Positions 48,540 to 60,439 of a stretch of DNA of 64,000 nucleotides are shown piece by piece. This DNA is from Felis catus (lineage: Eukaryota). Both the position numbers and the translations under genes were made by a program. Below the pieces are notes generated by a model. The model was not told the DNA's origin. It saw only the letters and a program-made list of their open reading frames with translations, and made no database searches. Within the stretch, counting starts at the first letter, position 1. Every line of letters begins with the position of its first letter. The DNA is taken from positions 154,568,001-154,632,000 of the forward strand of contig NC_058368.1 of the NCBI RefSeq assembly GCF_018350175.1. Direction: 5' to 3'.

Positions 48540-48890
48540 AGCTTTTGGCAGGAGAAAGAAGAAAACATGGAAACGAAAAGGAGAATAAACTGGGACTATG
48601 ATCTCAGGTAAAGTCTAAGCTTACCTTCATTCAGACTCAAAACTTGGAGTTACAGTTGCCCAACAGCGTCTCAAAGCAAGAAAGCCCGGTTTTTGTCCAC
48701 TAGGATTTACTGTCTACACCTGCATGGAGGGCATAATTTTCTAGCCATTTCCAGGTGAGAGGACCTGGCTAGGGTCAGCCAAGAGTAATTCTTCAAAGGC
48801 CTCAGGTGTAAACCATTGGGCCCAGCATTTGAGCACAAAGTGGTAAACCAGCTGATAAAGGGATGTGAACAAAACAGTAAAATCCATGTT
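48540..48890 (-). mobile_element. LTR33/LTR16-like ERVL LTR
   Basis: tctcaggtaaagtctaagctt...ttttgtcc...atttccaggtgag...ccagctgataaagggatgtgaac. Confidence 0.5.
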
Positions 48891-50506
48891 AAGAGAAGTT
48901 TTTCCCTACTTGAAGTCTTTCCAAAGCACCCAGATAAAGATCCGGAGCAATATATTACCTGTGTTCTAGAAAAGATCTCTGATTTTGAGTACTATCAGGA
49001 TGTTTGAAGTAAATGTATCTCTAGAAGGCATCAAAACAAATCCAATTCTGATGTTTCTATCAATTACGGAGGGACACGGAATCTTCCTGAGGACTTCTTC
49101 ACATGCAGGCAGAAGGGCCAAAATGAACTAATAGGGCTTTGAAGTGTCACCTAGCAGATTTCATCTTCTTATAACCTGAATTTTACTGTTAGGTATGTAG
49201 CCAAATGGCAAATGGGACTACTTTACCTCATTTTCAGGTGAGACAATGAAAATCAAGAACAACAGTGAAGGGAAAAAACAAACAAACAGTGCTATTTCCC
49301 CTATATTCTAAAGGCGTTTGCCAGCGGTGGGGTGAACCCTTCATCTAACATTCACAGGCAAATAATGAAAAATTGGTATCAAAGAACAACAGTAAGAGAA
49401 ATAGTTGTTTTTTTGGGTTTTTTTGCAGAATAAAATGACAAAGTTGTAGTTTTCCGACCCCCTCTTTGAAATTGTTAGCCAAGCCCTCCCCTGGGGAAAT
49501 GGGTAGAGGCTGCATCCTCCACAATTCAGCACCACAGAGAAGGCTTTCAGGGGATTACTCAGAGTGCCCATAACATGATCACTAGAACAGGGGCCATGGT
49601 GGACTAGTATCTGAATCGTATTTCAGAAATCTAAATGTGGGGTGCAGTGTGGCTCTGAGTCACAAGAGCAGAGAAAGGGACTGGAAGCAAACTGTCCCAG
49701 CACTGCTTGCGCAGAAAATCTAGGTGGTTCTGGAAACTTAAATGTGAACCAAAGAAAAAAGCCTAAAGCTATCTGAAATGAAACTCAACTCAAGACAGCC
49801 ATGAACCATGGAGGGCCAATGGCCTCAAACAAAACAAGACCGTGTAGAGACCATGCAAGAACTGAGTAGTGGTGTCCTAAAAGAAGAAGACATCCAATTT
49901 CCCTCCATTTTGAAACCTGTAGTTAGAATTTTTCAAAAGGGATTATTTATGTATTTATAATAATAAATATATATATGTATATATTATATATTAAATATAT
50001 ACATGTATTAAATATACAAAAGTAGCCCAGGAGATCAAATGCCAGCTTTAAATATTTCCCTAGCCTGTTACATAGTTGTGTCTTCTTGTAAGTCCCTTTG
50101 CCCTAAATCACTCTTCTTACCTGGGTAAAACACTCAAGAAATCCCAAAGCAGCCCCTCGAATGGGGCACATAGGAAATGCAGCTAGGGGAGAAAGAGTAC
50201 TCTGCCCATACCTTCTCCCTATAGTGTCCTCACTTAAAGACATAATAAGAAGGAAGAATCTTTACACTGCATATATTAAAGAGTTATATATATAACTGTG
50301 CTACCAGACTGGACATTTTACTTTTTGAAATAATGCTATTCTTGACACTAAAATTAAAAAAAAAAAAAAAGGAAAGAAAATATAGGTGAAAATTTCATCT
50401 GAAAGGTAAGGAAGAAATTTTTACACAGTGGATTTAAAGGATGGTTAAGACAGGAAATTTTTTTTTCTATTTGTATCTTAACGGTTCCAACTTGTTAACA
50501 ACATAT

Positions 50507-50916
50507 TGTTATGAACTGAATTGTGTGTCCCTCAAACTCATGTATGGAAGTCCTAATCCTCAGTGTCTCAGTATTTTATCTGGAAACAGAGTTGCTGCAG
50601 ATGTAATTAGTTAAAAATGAGGACATTCTGGAGCAGGTTGAGTCCCTAAACCAGTATGACTGGTGCTCTTATAAAAATGGGGGTTTGGGACACAGGCACA
50701 CATTCAAGGTGAACACTGCATGAAAACAAACATGTCGTCTACAAACCAAGGGCAAAGACCTGAGCCAGATGTTCCCTCGCAGCCCTCACAAGGAACCACC
50801 CCTGCCCCCACCTCACTTTCAGACATCTACCCCCTGAACTGTGAGATAATAAATTTCTGTTGTGACCCCATCCAGTTTGTAGTACTTTGCTATGGGGGCC
50901 CTGGTAAACTAACACA
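50507..50916 (+). mobile_element. MaLR solo LTR (MLT1B-like)
   Basis: tgttatgaactgaattgtg start; atgactggtgctcttataaaa; aactgtgagataataaatttctgttg; end ctggtaaactaacaca (TG...CA). Confidence 0.92.
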
Positions 50917-51129
50917 GCTGTTCATTACTACAGGTGGTTCCTTGAGTTTTAATTATTACTTCGGTGGTTTTGGTCATTTTTGATTTAAGGATTGGAAGCT
51001 TTCCATCTGTAATTTTCATCATTTTGCTCAACATTAAAAGGCGTATGTATTACTTAACCATTATGAGTTTCAGGTTTTCATCTAAAAGTAAATTCACATT
51101 GTTTTACTCCCATGTTTCAAATCCTATAG

Positions 51130-51592
51130 TAGCTTGCTTTTGCAACAACAACATTAAGAGTTCAAGCTCCTTACCATGGTCCCCGTGTCCCATATGATCT
51201 GGAGATTGCTTATATCTCTAATAACTCAAATCCTCCCTTTTGTTCCTTTCTTTACCCCATTTAGCCACACTGCCCAAATAATCCAAATTTATTCTGTTCA
51301 CAGGACCTTGGCACATAACTTTCTTCCATCTTTTGGTTGCAACCACTGTAGTTCATGAAATTCCAATTTCCACCTTTGGTGGTTCTCCCTCATTACCTTG
51401 TTTCATCTTTTCTTTTTTTTCACATTTATTTATTCCTGATATAATCTTACTTATTGATGTGTTTATTGTCTCTTCTCTCTCCCCTAGAATTTAATCTCCT
51501 TGAGGAGAGAGACTGTCATTACTGTTTATCCCTGCATGCCAGTGGTGAGAGACAGAAAAAGTGCTCAATCAATATTTTTTGACTGATTGACT
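51130..51592 (+). mobile_element. L2a 3' end
   Basis: ttcaagctccttaccatgg...caggaccttggcacat...cccctagaatttaatctccttgagg...gtgctcaatcaatattttttgactga. Confidence 0.8.
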
Positions 51593-54034
51593 CTAAAATG
51601 AGCAGGATGGCCTAATTTCTCCCTACTTATAGGACTAATTATCTATAATGTTCATGTTTTGCCTATTAATGTAAGTATAGTGGCTAGACCTTCCTTCAAA
51701 GCAACATTATCATTCCTTTTCCTCCCTCCCCCCACCCTCCACTACACTGACTAATAGGCCAGGCTGGGCTAGATGAGAGTCTACAACAATGAAGTCATCA
51801 TAACATGTATTATCCAGGCAATTTCTAGCATGCAGTCTCTTCTGAGATTAAAATTATAGAATTTAGAAAAATTGAATTCTGAATCTTTCATGATTTTCTT
51901 GCATCATTCCCAAGAAAGTCTAGATATGTTTGATTAGTTCACATATTTTTTAACCTTGGATATTGTTTAACATTTGCTCACAATAGCATTACTATTGCCT
52001 CCAAAGTTTTTTTTTTTTTATTACTGTGGGTACTAGTGTCTTAGTAATGCTTTCTTTTTTATATTCACATGTTCAGAACCACCCTCTCTTCATGTTTGTC
52101 TTTCCTCCTTAAGTTAGTTTAATTTTCACTATTGCAAGTATTTTTCCCCTAATCCATCCTGCTTTCAGCCTCTATGGTGAACACAAAGCTATAGCCTATG
52201 TTATTATTGCATGTTATTTCAACATATGTTTAGGCGCATGAATATTATGTGAAGACATAAAAGTAAAGGGGCAAGAGTGTGGGAAATAATTTTATTACTA
52301 ACAGTATCCTTCATGCTTATAAATAGGGCAAAAGAAGAAAATGAGTGGTGCCATTATAATGGTATATCAAACTTCAAAAATTTAGACGAAGAGTCACATT
52401 AATATTTAAAGCTTGAAAAAAGTAAATTTATTTCCTCCTTTCACTCTCGTGTTCTCATGGAACCCAGATAGATTCACTTGCAAATTATTAATCAAAACGG
52501 TGTGGTACAAATTTCTGGACCACAGTGTACAAGATCATTTATTGAGCTCTTGCTGTATTCATAGCACAGAATCCATAGTTCTGAAATTGTATTCAAATTT
52601 AATAATAGTATACTTATTCTGCAATGTTCTCTGTGTTAAATACTTTACAAGTCACAAGTGCTTGGGCCAAAGTCCTAACCTAGTTGTGAAGACAAAGCTA
52701 GTATTGATAAAATACTTAAGATATCATATATATTAATGTAGAATACTGTACATAAATTCAAAAGAAATAAAATAAGAGACAGCAGACTTAAGTAGAAATA
52801 GTTGGAAAAGTCATCTTTTCTAATATTTTAAGGTTTTAAAATTTTCATAACCAACTCTCCACTTATTCCAAAAAGATTTCTAATCACCAACCTTGAAGAA
52901 ATGCTGTTGGCTCCAGTTTTATTTAGCAACATTTATTTACCAACAAAGACAAATAATCGGAATGCTAATGTGTGTTGTGTTGATGAAGGTATGTGCAAAG
53001 TACATGATGATACAGAAAAGGAGCACAGATTTCTTCAATTATAAACCACCATAAACAAATGTTAGTTCTGCTAAGATTGAACGCAGTGCTACCGGGAAGA
53101 CATCTTGTGCAAAGGATTCCACCCCATACTTGAATGATCAAGGCTCTCTGAGAAGTCCTGACTGCCCTTCCTGGCACCTTGCTGACCTGATGCCTTTGTA
53201 AGCATAGGTGTTATATAGACCGCATTCCCTTCCGCCTGCTGGGAAAAATAACTGGGTATCTCAGATCATCCCACTTGAAACAGGATTCTCAAATTTGATC
53301 CATTAGCATTCCAAAGCTAGGGCCTGAACCGGAAGTTCCCAAACACCACACTCTTGGGCTATGGTTCTGAATTAAATGCCATGCCTAACTTCCTGTTGCA
53401 ATCTGTTTTTCCAAAGTAAAGTTATTACAAATAGCCAAGGGGCTCTAGTTAAGCACATGGTGACTTGGAAAATGTATCTGTGTCTGTACTGTATCTGTGC
53501 TGGTTTTCATGAATATTTGAACAGAAAGCAGGAAACAGTAAAGGAATCCATCCTAAGATCAGGCTTAATGTCCAACTTTACATTGCCAGTCTCAAGGTGG
53601 CATTTTGGCATGAAACTCAATTTTCTCTTAGAATAATTTGCATTGGGATTATGGGCTAAATGTTCTAAAAGTGTCTAAGCTATAATTCTTTATGAGACTG
53701 CACTTTGGCATTTAACTAGAGCATATGCAAGCCTAACTTGCAGACTTAGTCTTTACATTTGTCCAAATTCTCCACACAATGCCAGCCAACTTTTAATGAA
53801 AAGCATTGCTTCGTGACATGATTTACTTGCTCTGTGCATTTTTTTTTCTAGAGGGATTTTGGCTTTACATTAAATATAAACTGAACTTATTACTAAGACT
53901 TCTGCCTTTGAGTAAAACCTCTTTTTAAATCTCCCATCTTCCAAACACCCAACCCTATGCAAAGATAAAATGGTAATAAACCTAACGTGTGGTGTTTCCA
54001 TGCTATAATAATTGTTTAGACTACACAGAATTAC

Positions 54035-54103
54035 CTTCTGTTGTAGGAAGCTTGTATTTCAAAATCCACTGGATTGGTGCCCCTTATGGTGAACCACACG
54101 ATA
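54035..54103 (-). other. Candidate 69-nt spliced exon (host gene unknown)
   Basis: Minus strand: cttgtgctttgtttcag|TATCGTG...AACAGAAG|gtaatt, with a very long upstream pyrimidine tract. One frame is open (IVWFTIRGTNPVDFEIQASYNR). Confidence 0.5.
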
Positions 54104-55246
54104 CTGAAACAAAGCACAAGACAAAGAGAAAAGAAAAAAAAATGAGAGAAAAAGAGAAATGTTAAAAAGAAACAAGAATAATTGGAGAAAACGAGTAGAG
54201 GAAGGGAGAAAAGTAAAGTTACTAGAAACTGCAGAAGCTGCATTATCTGTATATAATGTGGCTATAATACTACGTTGGTCAGCAACTATAATGTAAAAGG
54301 TAATGTGTAAGAGTTTTATATGCTTTTCAGAACTATAAAGGGAGTGTGAGTGGATTTTAAACATTTTGATTAGCACCACAAAGATTTTAATGCTTTATTT
54401 AAACAGTTTGCTATAGGGCAAACACATTTGGTAGACAAGTAAAATGAAAGCCCGGGCATCAGTTTCTCTGTTTTCTATTAAGTAATGTTGCGAAGTAAGC
54501 AGAAGTTGGATTCAGATATCAGATAATTATCTCCACACTGTGTGTCACAGTAAATAATTTTAATTGGTTTAACTTCAGGGACCATTACTGGCCTAATTAG
54601 AAACATGAAAAGGCTACAAGTATTAGGAAATATCCTGAAGGAATGAGAACATTAGCAATTCTGTCAAGCCATTTTTAAAATAAGTACACAGTAGCAGCCA
54701 CATTTCAGTGAAAGGCAGGGTACTTGAAAGGTGCTTTTAGGAAAACAGTGCTTGTGAGTGTGTAATAAGAGATCTGTAATAGGAAGCATAGAAATTGGGT
54801 AACAGGCTGACACGTATGCCATTACTGTGTTAAAAACATACTAATCTTGTTCTGATTGCTGTTTTTAAGAGATGCAGGTTAATGTTTTCAAAGTAAAGGA
54901 AGAGTAATTGAGGTTGGGTAAATCCTTATCGAGAATATGTTGACTTACTGAAAGAGGAACGGAGCTTTGAGTAAAAAAGCTGTACCCAAACACCTTCAGC
55001 TTGCAGGGAGTAGTACTGAGTGACGGGTTGCTTGCTCTGTGTGTTTCCTATCCTCTCTTCTTCACCTCGCTTTCCCAAGACTCATGACAAACAAATAGGT
55101 ATTATTCTTTGAAGCATTCATATACATTATACATACCACAATGTGTGTAGACACAGTTCGCATTTACAGAATGGCTTCATTCTGAATGAAAAATGAGATG
55201 CTGTGTCCATTCGGTCAGAATTATCCTCAACAAATATTCCTCCGTT

Positions 55247-55652
55247 GGGGCACCGGGGTGGCTCAGTCGGTTAAGCATCGGACTGGTTTCTTTTCTTTTT
55301 TAATGTTTACTTATTTTTGACAGAGAGAGAGAGACAGAGCATGAGCAGGGGAGGGGCAGAGAGAGAGAGGGAGACACAGAATCCGAAGCAGGCTCCAGGC
55401 TCTGAGCGGTCAGCATAGAACCTGGCGCAGGGCTCAACTCTCACAGACCGCGAGATCATGACCTGAGCTTAAGTCGGACACTCAACCGACTGAGCCACCC
55501 AGGCGTCCCAGCATCAGACTCTTGATTTCAGTTCACATCATAGTCTCCCAGTTTACCAGATCAGGCTCAACACTGGACTCTGCAGTGGTAGTGTGGAACC
55601 TGCTTACGATTCTCTGTCTCCCTCTCTCTCTGCCCCTCCACCGCAAGCGCGT

Positions 55653-55698
<46 letters not shown>

Positions 55699-55726
55699 AG
55701 TAAATAAGTAAACCTTGAAAAAAAAT
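55247..55726 (+). mobile_element. Older CanSINE interrupted by an antisense CanSINE
   Basis: Head ggggcaccggggtggctcagtcggttaagcatcggact; resumes at 55521 (cttgatttcagttc...), then (CT)n and A-tail. Confidence 0.93.
55288..55509 (-). mobile_element. CanSINE (SINEC_Fc-type) nested in opposite orientation
   Basis: Full length; TSD agcatcggact (55274-55284) / agcatcagact (55510-55520). Confidence 0.95.
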
Positions 55727-56628
55727 AATTCCTTGGAACTTTCAACTGACCAGAAGTAAGATTATTACATCAGATGAAATAACTAGAATACCATATTATG
55801 TTTAAATGCACAAACAGCATCAAGAGCTTCTAATCAGTAATTTTTTGGTACAATTTTCTTTTTTATTTGTAATCTTGGTTTCAGCTTTCCGTTTTCTGAA
55901 ATAGCTGATGGTAACATTTGACCAACTATCCTGTTTGGGGTATGCAGATTTTAATGGACTGTCCGAGCCTAAAGTTAGCATAAATCAACCATATTTTTAG
56001 TCATTTTTCTTTAGTTGTTTTAGATGGAAAGGATAGAGAAACTAAACAGAAAAAGGAAGGCATGGTGAATCATGGATCATTATAAGAAAGAATACATTAC
56101 TAGGGAAGACCGCACAATTTTATACCTTTGGTATTTGGCACACTGTCAAATATAACATATTATTAATATAATTGAGCACTTAAAAGATTTTTAAAAAATC
56201 AGTGTTCCACCAAAATTTGTCAAACAGAAACTACAAGCATGAGTAAGGACCCAGATCACAGATGTTCCTCATGCATATGCTCACAGACCCATTTATCTCA
56301 TGGACACACATTTATTCACACATGCACAAAGCCCCATTTCTATAGGCTGTGCTTTTATACCGAATGCCCTAAAATAATGCCACAAGCTATTATCTGTTGA
56401 AGATTTGTGTGTTTTAAAATTTTAGCAAATTCCTATTTGACTGGTGTGTATACAATAATTCAGGATAAAATTTTCTCTCACAAGATTAGAACAAATTATC
56501 TGTGTCTTCATGAAGAGCATACAGTGTATGCACGCAAAAAAATGGGAATAGCTCCTATAGGATAATTTTTAGCGACAGAATAGATTAATTGCTTGTAGGT
56601 TTGTTAAGGAAGATACACGTACACAAAC

Positions 56629-56629
<1 letters not shown>

Positions 56630-56659
<30 letters not shown>
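56630..56659 (+). repeat. (CA)n microsatellite
   Basis: About 15 AC units. Confidence 0.95.
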
Positions 56660-56661
<2 letters not shown>

Positions 56662-57344
56662 TAGTTTGATCATTATAAAATAATACTGCCTGCTCACCAA
56701 GCACATGTTCCATATTTCAAATATCTTCCAAGTGTAGAAGAGGGTGGGAGAATGAGGGGGAGAATAAAAACGTGGTTGCTTATACAAATATACATGCTCA
56801 TATACGTACACAAACATACATACATATGTTCATATATTTCAGCTTTGCCCATATGTTCCGAAAATAGCAGCCTGGAAAGTTTGTACCCACACATCCCGCT
56901 CTCAGAGTAAGGATACAAATGAAGACAAATTTTGTTAGTACCCAAGTAACTCAAGAAGACAAAGTACTTCAGGACACTGCATTCTTTTAGGCCACTGAAC
57001 ATTGCAAAGCAGCCTTGACATACAAATCTTCGCAAAATACCAGATTTATCCCTGAAAGAAGTCTCTGATTACTTACTCTCGTATCCTCTTCCACAAAATA
57101 AACTATCTTCCCTTACACTCAGGGAACTAGCTAAGGGAGTAAATGTGCAGATTGTGGTATGGGCCTTAGTTTAAGTTTTCCTCCGAAACAATGAGAGGAT
57201 TTCTGGATGATGACAATGATGATGCCATCCTGGTTCACCCTATTCTCTGATCATTCTTCTTTTAGGTATAGTGGCCAATAATGTTCATTATTAAAGCAAT
57301 GTTATAATTATTCAGAATATGTCCTTGCCTCCAGAAAATATGAA

Positions 57345-57525
57345 TTATGTAGTGAAATCAGCATGGCTTTTTAGTTTTGACAGACCTGGTTTAGATATCT
57401 GGATTAATATTTTACTACTTGTTAGTGGGCAACAGGTTTTTTAATCTGTAAAATGGAAGTAATGATTGAGTTGCAGGGGAAAAAAAGAAATAATGTACAT
57501 AAAGCCCCTGGCTTATAGCAGTTTG
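57345..57525 (+). mobile_element. MIR
   Basis: gacagacctggtttagatatctgg...atctgtaaaatggaagtaat...aataatgtacataaagcccctggc. Confidence 0.7.
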
Positions 57526-57642
57526 AACAAAAGATTCCTCTTAATACTGTAATGCTTTGTTACCCCTTTAAGGATCAGTTTCGGTCATTTAGACACAATA
57601 GCTACTTTCAAGTCACTAGGATTTTCTATAAAAAATCAAGTC

Positions 57643-58195
57643 TGTGATAGGAAGCTTCCCGTAATTCCATCTCTTTGGTCATTGCCCTCCTTGCAATCTG
57701 CATGAGATCCTGTAATCATATTCATACAATGTGTTCCCCATTCCCCTTTTCCATCCTCTTTCAGTGTCCTGCCTATACCCCCAACCACAGATATGGAAGT
57801 GGATACTAGGTCCAAGAGTGACAAATCAGAGTCCCTTTCCCAAACCCTAATAGCTGGACAAAGTTAACTAGCCCAGGGGCAGAGCTGTCACAAAGATGTA
57901 GGACTCAGAGAGAAAAAAAAAAAGTGATCAATTTCTCTCAGAAGCTGTTAGTAACTAAATTGTCTATGACATAAATTGGGATGAGTAAAAGAAGCCAGTG
58001 TGCAAAAGAAGAGAAGTAGATGTCCATAGAGGAGCAAAAATAACAGAGTGCTGGCTTAGGTTCTCTTAAGTTTTCCTGTTCAACTATGTTCTTGCATGTG
58101 TCCCCTTACTGCAAGCTCCAAGCACCTGCCACCCTGACCCACTTTTTTTTTGCTTCTATTTGGTTCTTGCAAACAAAAGAATTTCTGCTTATATA
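57643..58195 (+). mobile_element. Old MaLR LTR (MLT1J/K-like)
   Basis: caaatcagagtccctt motif; terminal ttcttgcaaacaaaagaatttctgcttatata resembles cttgcaaccaaaagagtcctaactaataca. Confidence 0.55.
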
Positions 58196-58871
58196 GTACT
58201 ACACTAAACGATAGCATTAGTATGGATGCAATAATTGTATAAGATAAAATTAATCTAAAAATAACTTCTTACTTGTAGACATTATCTGTACTGCTTTTAC
58301 GTACAGTCGTTTGTTTTCTAATTTGCAGACAAGAACATATTGAATTAGAATTCTTGGGCTAAAGCAATAAACCAATTGCCTTTGAAAGGAATCTGAAGTT
58401 ATCACTCGCTCTTGCCCATCACTTAAGATTTGAAAACTCAGAGATCCCAGCAGGCCCTTTAGATTTAGGCTGCTAATAATCTGGTAAATCTTTAGGGCAG
58501 AGGTAACTAGTAGCAAAGTTTACTGTATTAAGCAACAAACCTTCTTAATTAAAAATTGTACTTGAATAACTTTATAAATGCATTGATGTGGGAGTCCACA
58601 AACTGTTCTGCTTCCACTATGCCCTGGAACAAAATGAAGGCAAGAAGTGATGAGGGGACTACCTGATGGAAGCCTATGTCTTGTAAGTTATTTTATCCAG
58701 GAACAGAAATTTTCCTCTAAACTCTCCTTTTTTTTTTTAACTCATAATTATCTATTCCAGATTTTACAACTAGCCTCTGAGTTTCTGATTAGATATCCTG
58801 TTAGAACATTTTCTTAGAGTACCGACTCTCAGATTTAATTGTAGATCAAAGGTTATTTGGGAAGCTTATGC

Positions 58872-59961
58872 AGCAGAGAGAGAAATTAAGGAATCAATCC
58901 CATTTACAACTGTACCAAAAACATTAAGATACCTAGGAATAAACCTAACCAAAGAGGTGAAAGACATGTATTCTGTAAATTATAAACTACTGATGAAAGA
59001 AATTGAAGAGGACACAAAGAAATAGAAAGACATTTCATTCTCATAGGTTGGAAGAACAATTATTATCAAAATGTCTAAACTACCCAAAGCAATTTACACC
59101 TTCAGTGCAATCCCTATCAAAATACCAACAGCATTTTTCACAGAGCTAGAACAAACAATCCTAAAGTATGTATGGAACCACAACAGACCCTGAGTAGCCA
59201 AAGCAATCTTGGAATGGGAGATGGTATTTGTAAATGACCTATCTGATAAAGGGTTAGTATTCAAAATATATAAAGAACTTATGAAACTCAACACCCACAA
59301 TAAGAACAGTCCAATTAAAAAATGGCAGAAAACATGAATAGATATTTTCCCAAAGAAGACATCCACATGGCCAAGAAATACATGATAAAAAGGCTCAACA
59401 TCATTGAGCATCAGAGAAATACAAATCAAAACCACAATGAGATATCACCTCAAACCTGTCAGAATGGCTAAAATCAACACAAGAAACAAGAGGTGTTGGC
59501 ATGGATGTGGAGAAAGCGGAACCCTCTTGTACGGTTGGAGGAAATGTAAATTGATGCAACCACTATAGAAAAGACTATGGAGGTTTTTCAAAGGTTACAA
59601 ATAGAACTACCCTACAATCCAGCAATCGCCTTACTAGGTATTTCTTCAATGACTACAAAAACACTAATTCAAAGGGATACATGCACCTCCATATTTATAG
59701 CAGCATTATATACAATAGCCAAATTACAGAAACAACTCAAGTGTCCATCAACTGATGAATGGACAAAGAAAAAGTGAGATATATATTTAATGGAATATTA
59801 CTCAGACATAAAAAATTGAAATCTTGCCATTTGTAATCATGTGGATGTAGCTAGAAAGTATATGCTAAGCGAAATAAGCCAGTCACAGAAAGACAAATAC
59901 CATATGATTTCAATCATATGTGGAATTTAAGAAACAAAACAAATGAGCCTAGGGAAAGAGA

Positions 59962-60021
<60 letters not shown>

Positions 60022-60223
60022 AACAGTCTCTTAACTATGGAAAACAAACTGATGATTACCAGGAGGGAGGTGGGGGGGGATGGGTGATATAGATGATGGG
60101 GATTAAGGAGTACATTTGTGATGAGCACAGACTGTTGTATGGAAATGTTGAATCACTATGTTGTACACCCGAAAATAATATTACACTGCATCTTAACTAA
60201 CTGGAAGTTAAATAAAAACTTCA
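58872..60223 (+). mobile_element. 5'-truncated carnivore L1 (ORF2 post-RT to 3' UTR) with internal deletion
   Basis: ORF2-like atacctaggaataaacctaacc (YLGINLT) and caatccctatcaaaatacca; ORF 59577-59777 ELPYNPAIALLG...KCPSTDEW; 3' UTR with (GA)n at 59958-60017; aataaaa at 60211. Confidence 0.95.
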
Positions 60224-60439
60224 GGGGCACCTGGGTGGCTCAGTCGGTTAAGCGTCCAACTTTGGCTCAGGTCATGATCTCACGGTTCGTGGGTTCGAGT
60301 CCCACGTTGGGCTCTGTGCTGACAGTTCAGAGCCTGGAGCCTGCTTCAGATTCTGTGTCTCCCTCTCCTTCTGCCCCACCCCTGTTCGTGTTCTGTGTGT
60401 CTTTCTCTCAAAAATAAATAAACATTAAAAAAAAAAAAA
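60224..60439 (+). mobile_element. CanSINE inserted in the L1 A-tail
   Basis: Full-length ggggcacctgggtggctcagtcggttaagcgtcc...aaataaataaacattaaaaa. Confidence 0.97.

Noticed and set aside
55895..55945. Weak similarity to LF-SINE (gatggtaac core)
   Set aside because: Only ~40 nt of patchy resemblance from memory; cannot be supported without an HMM search.
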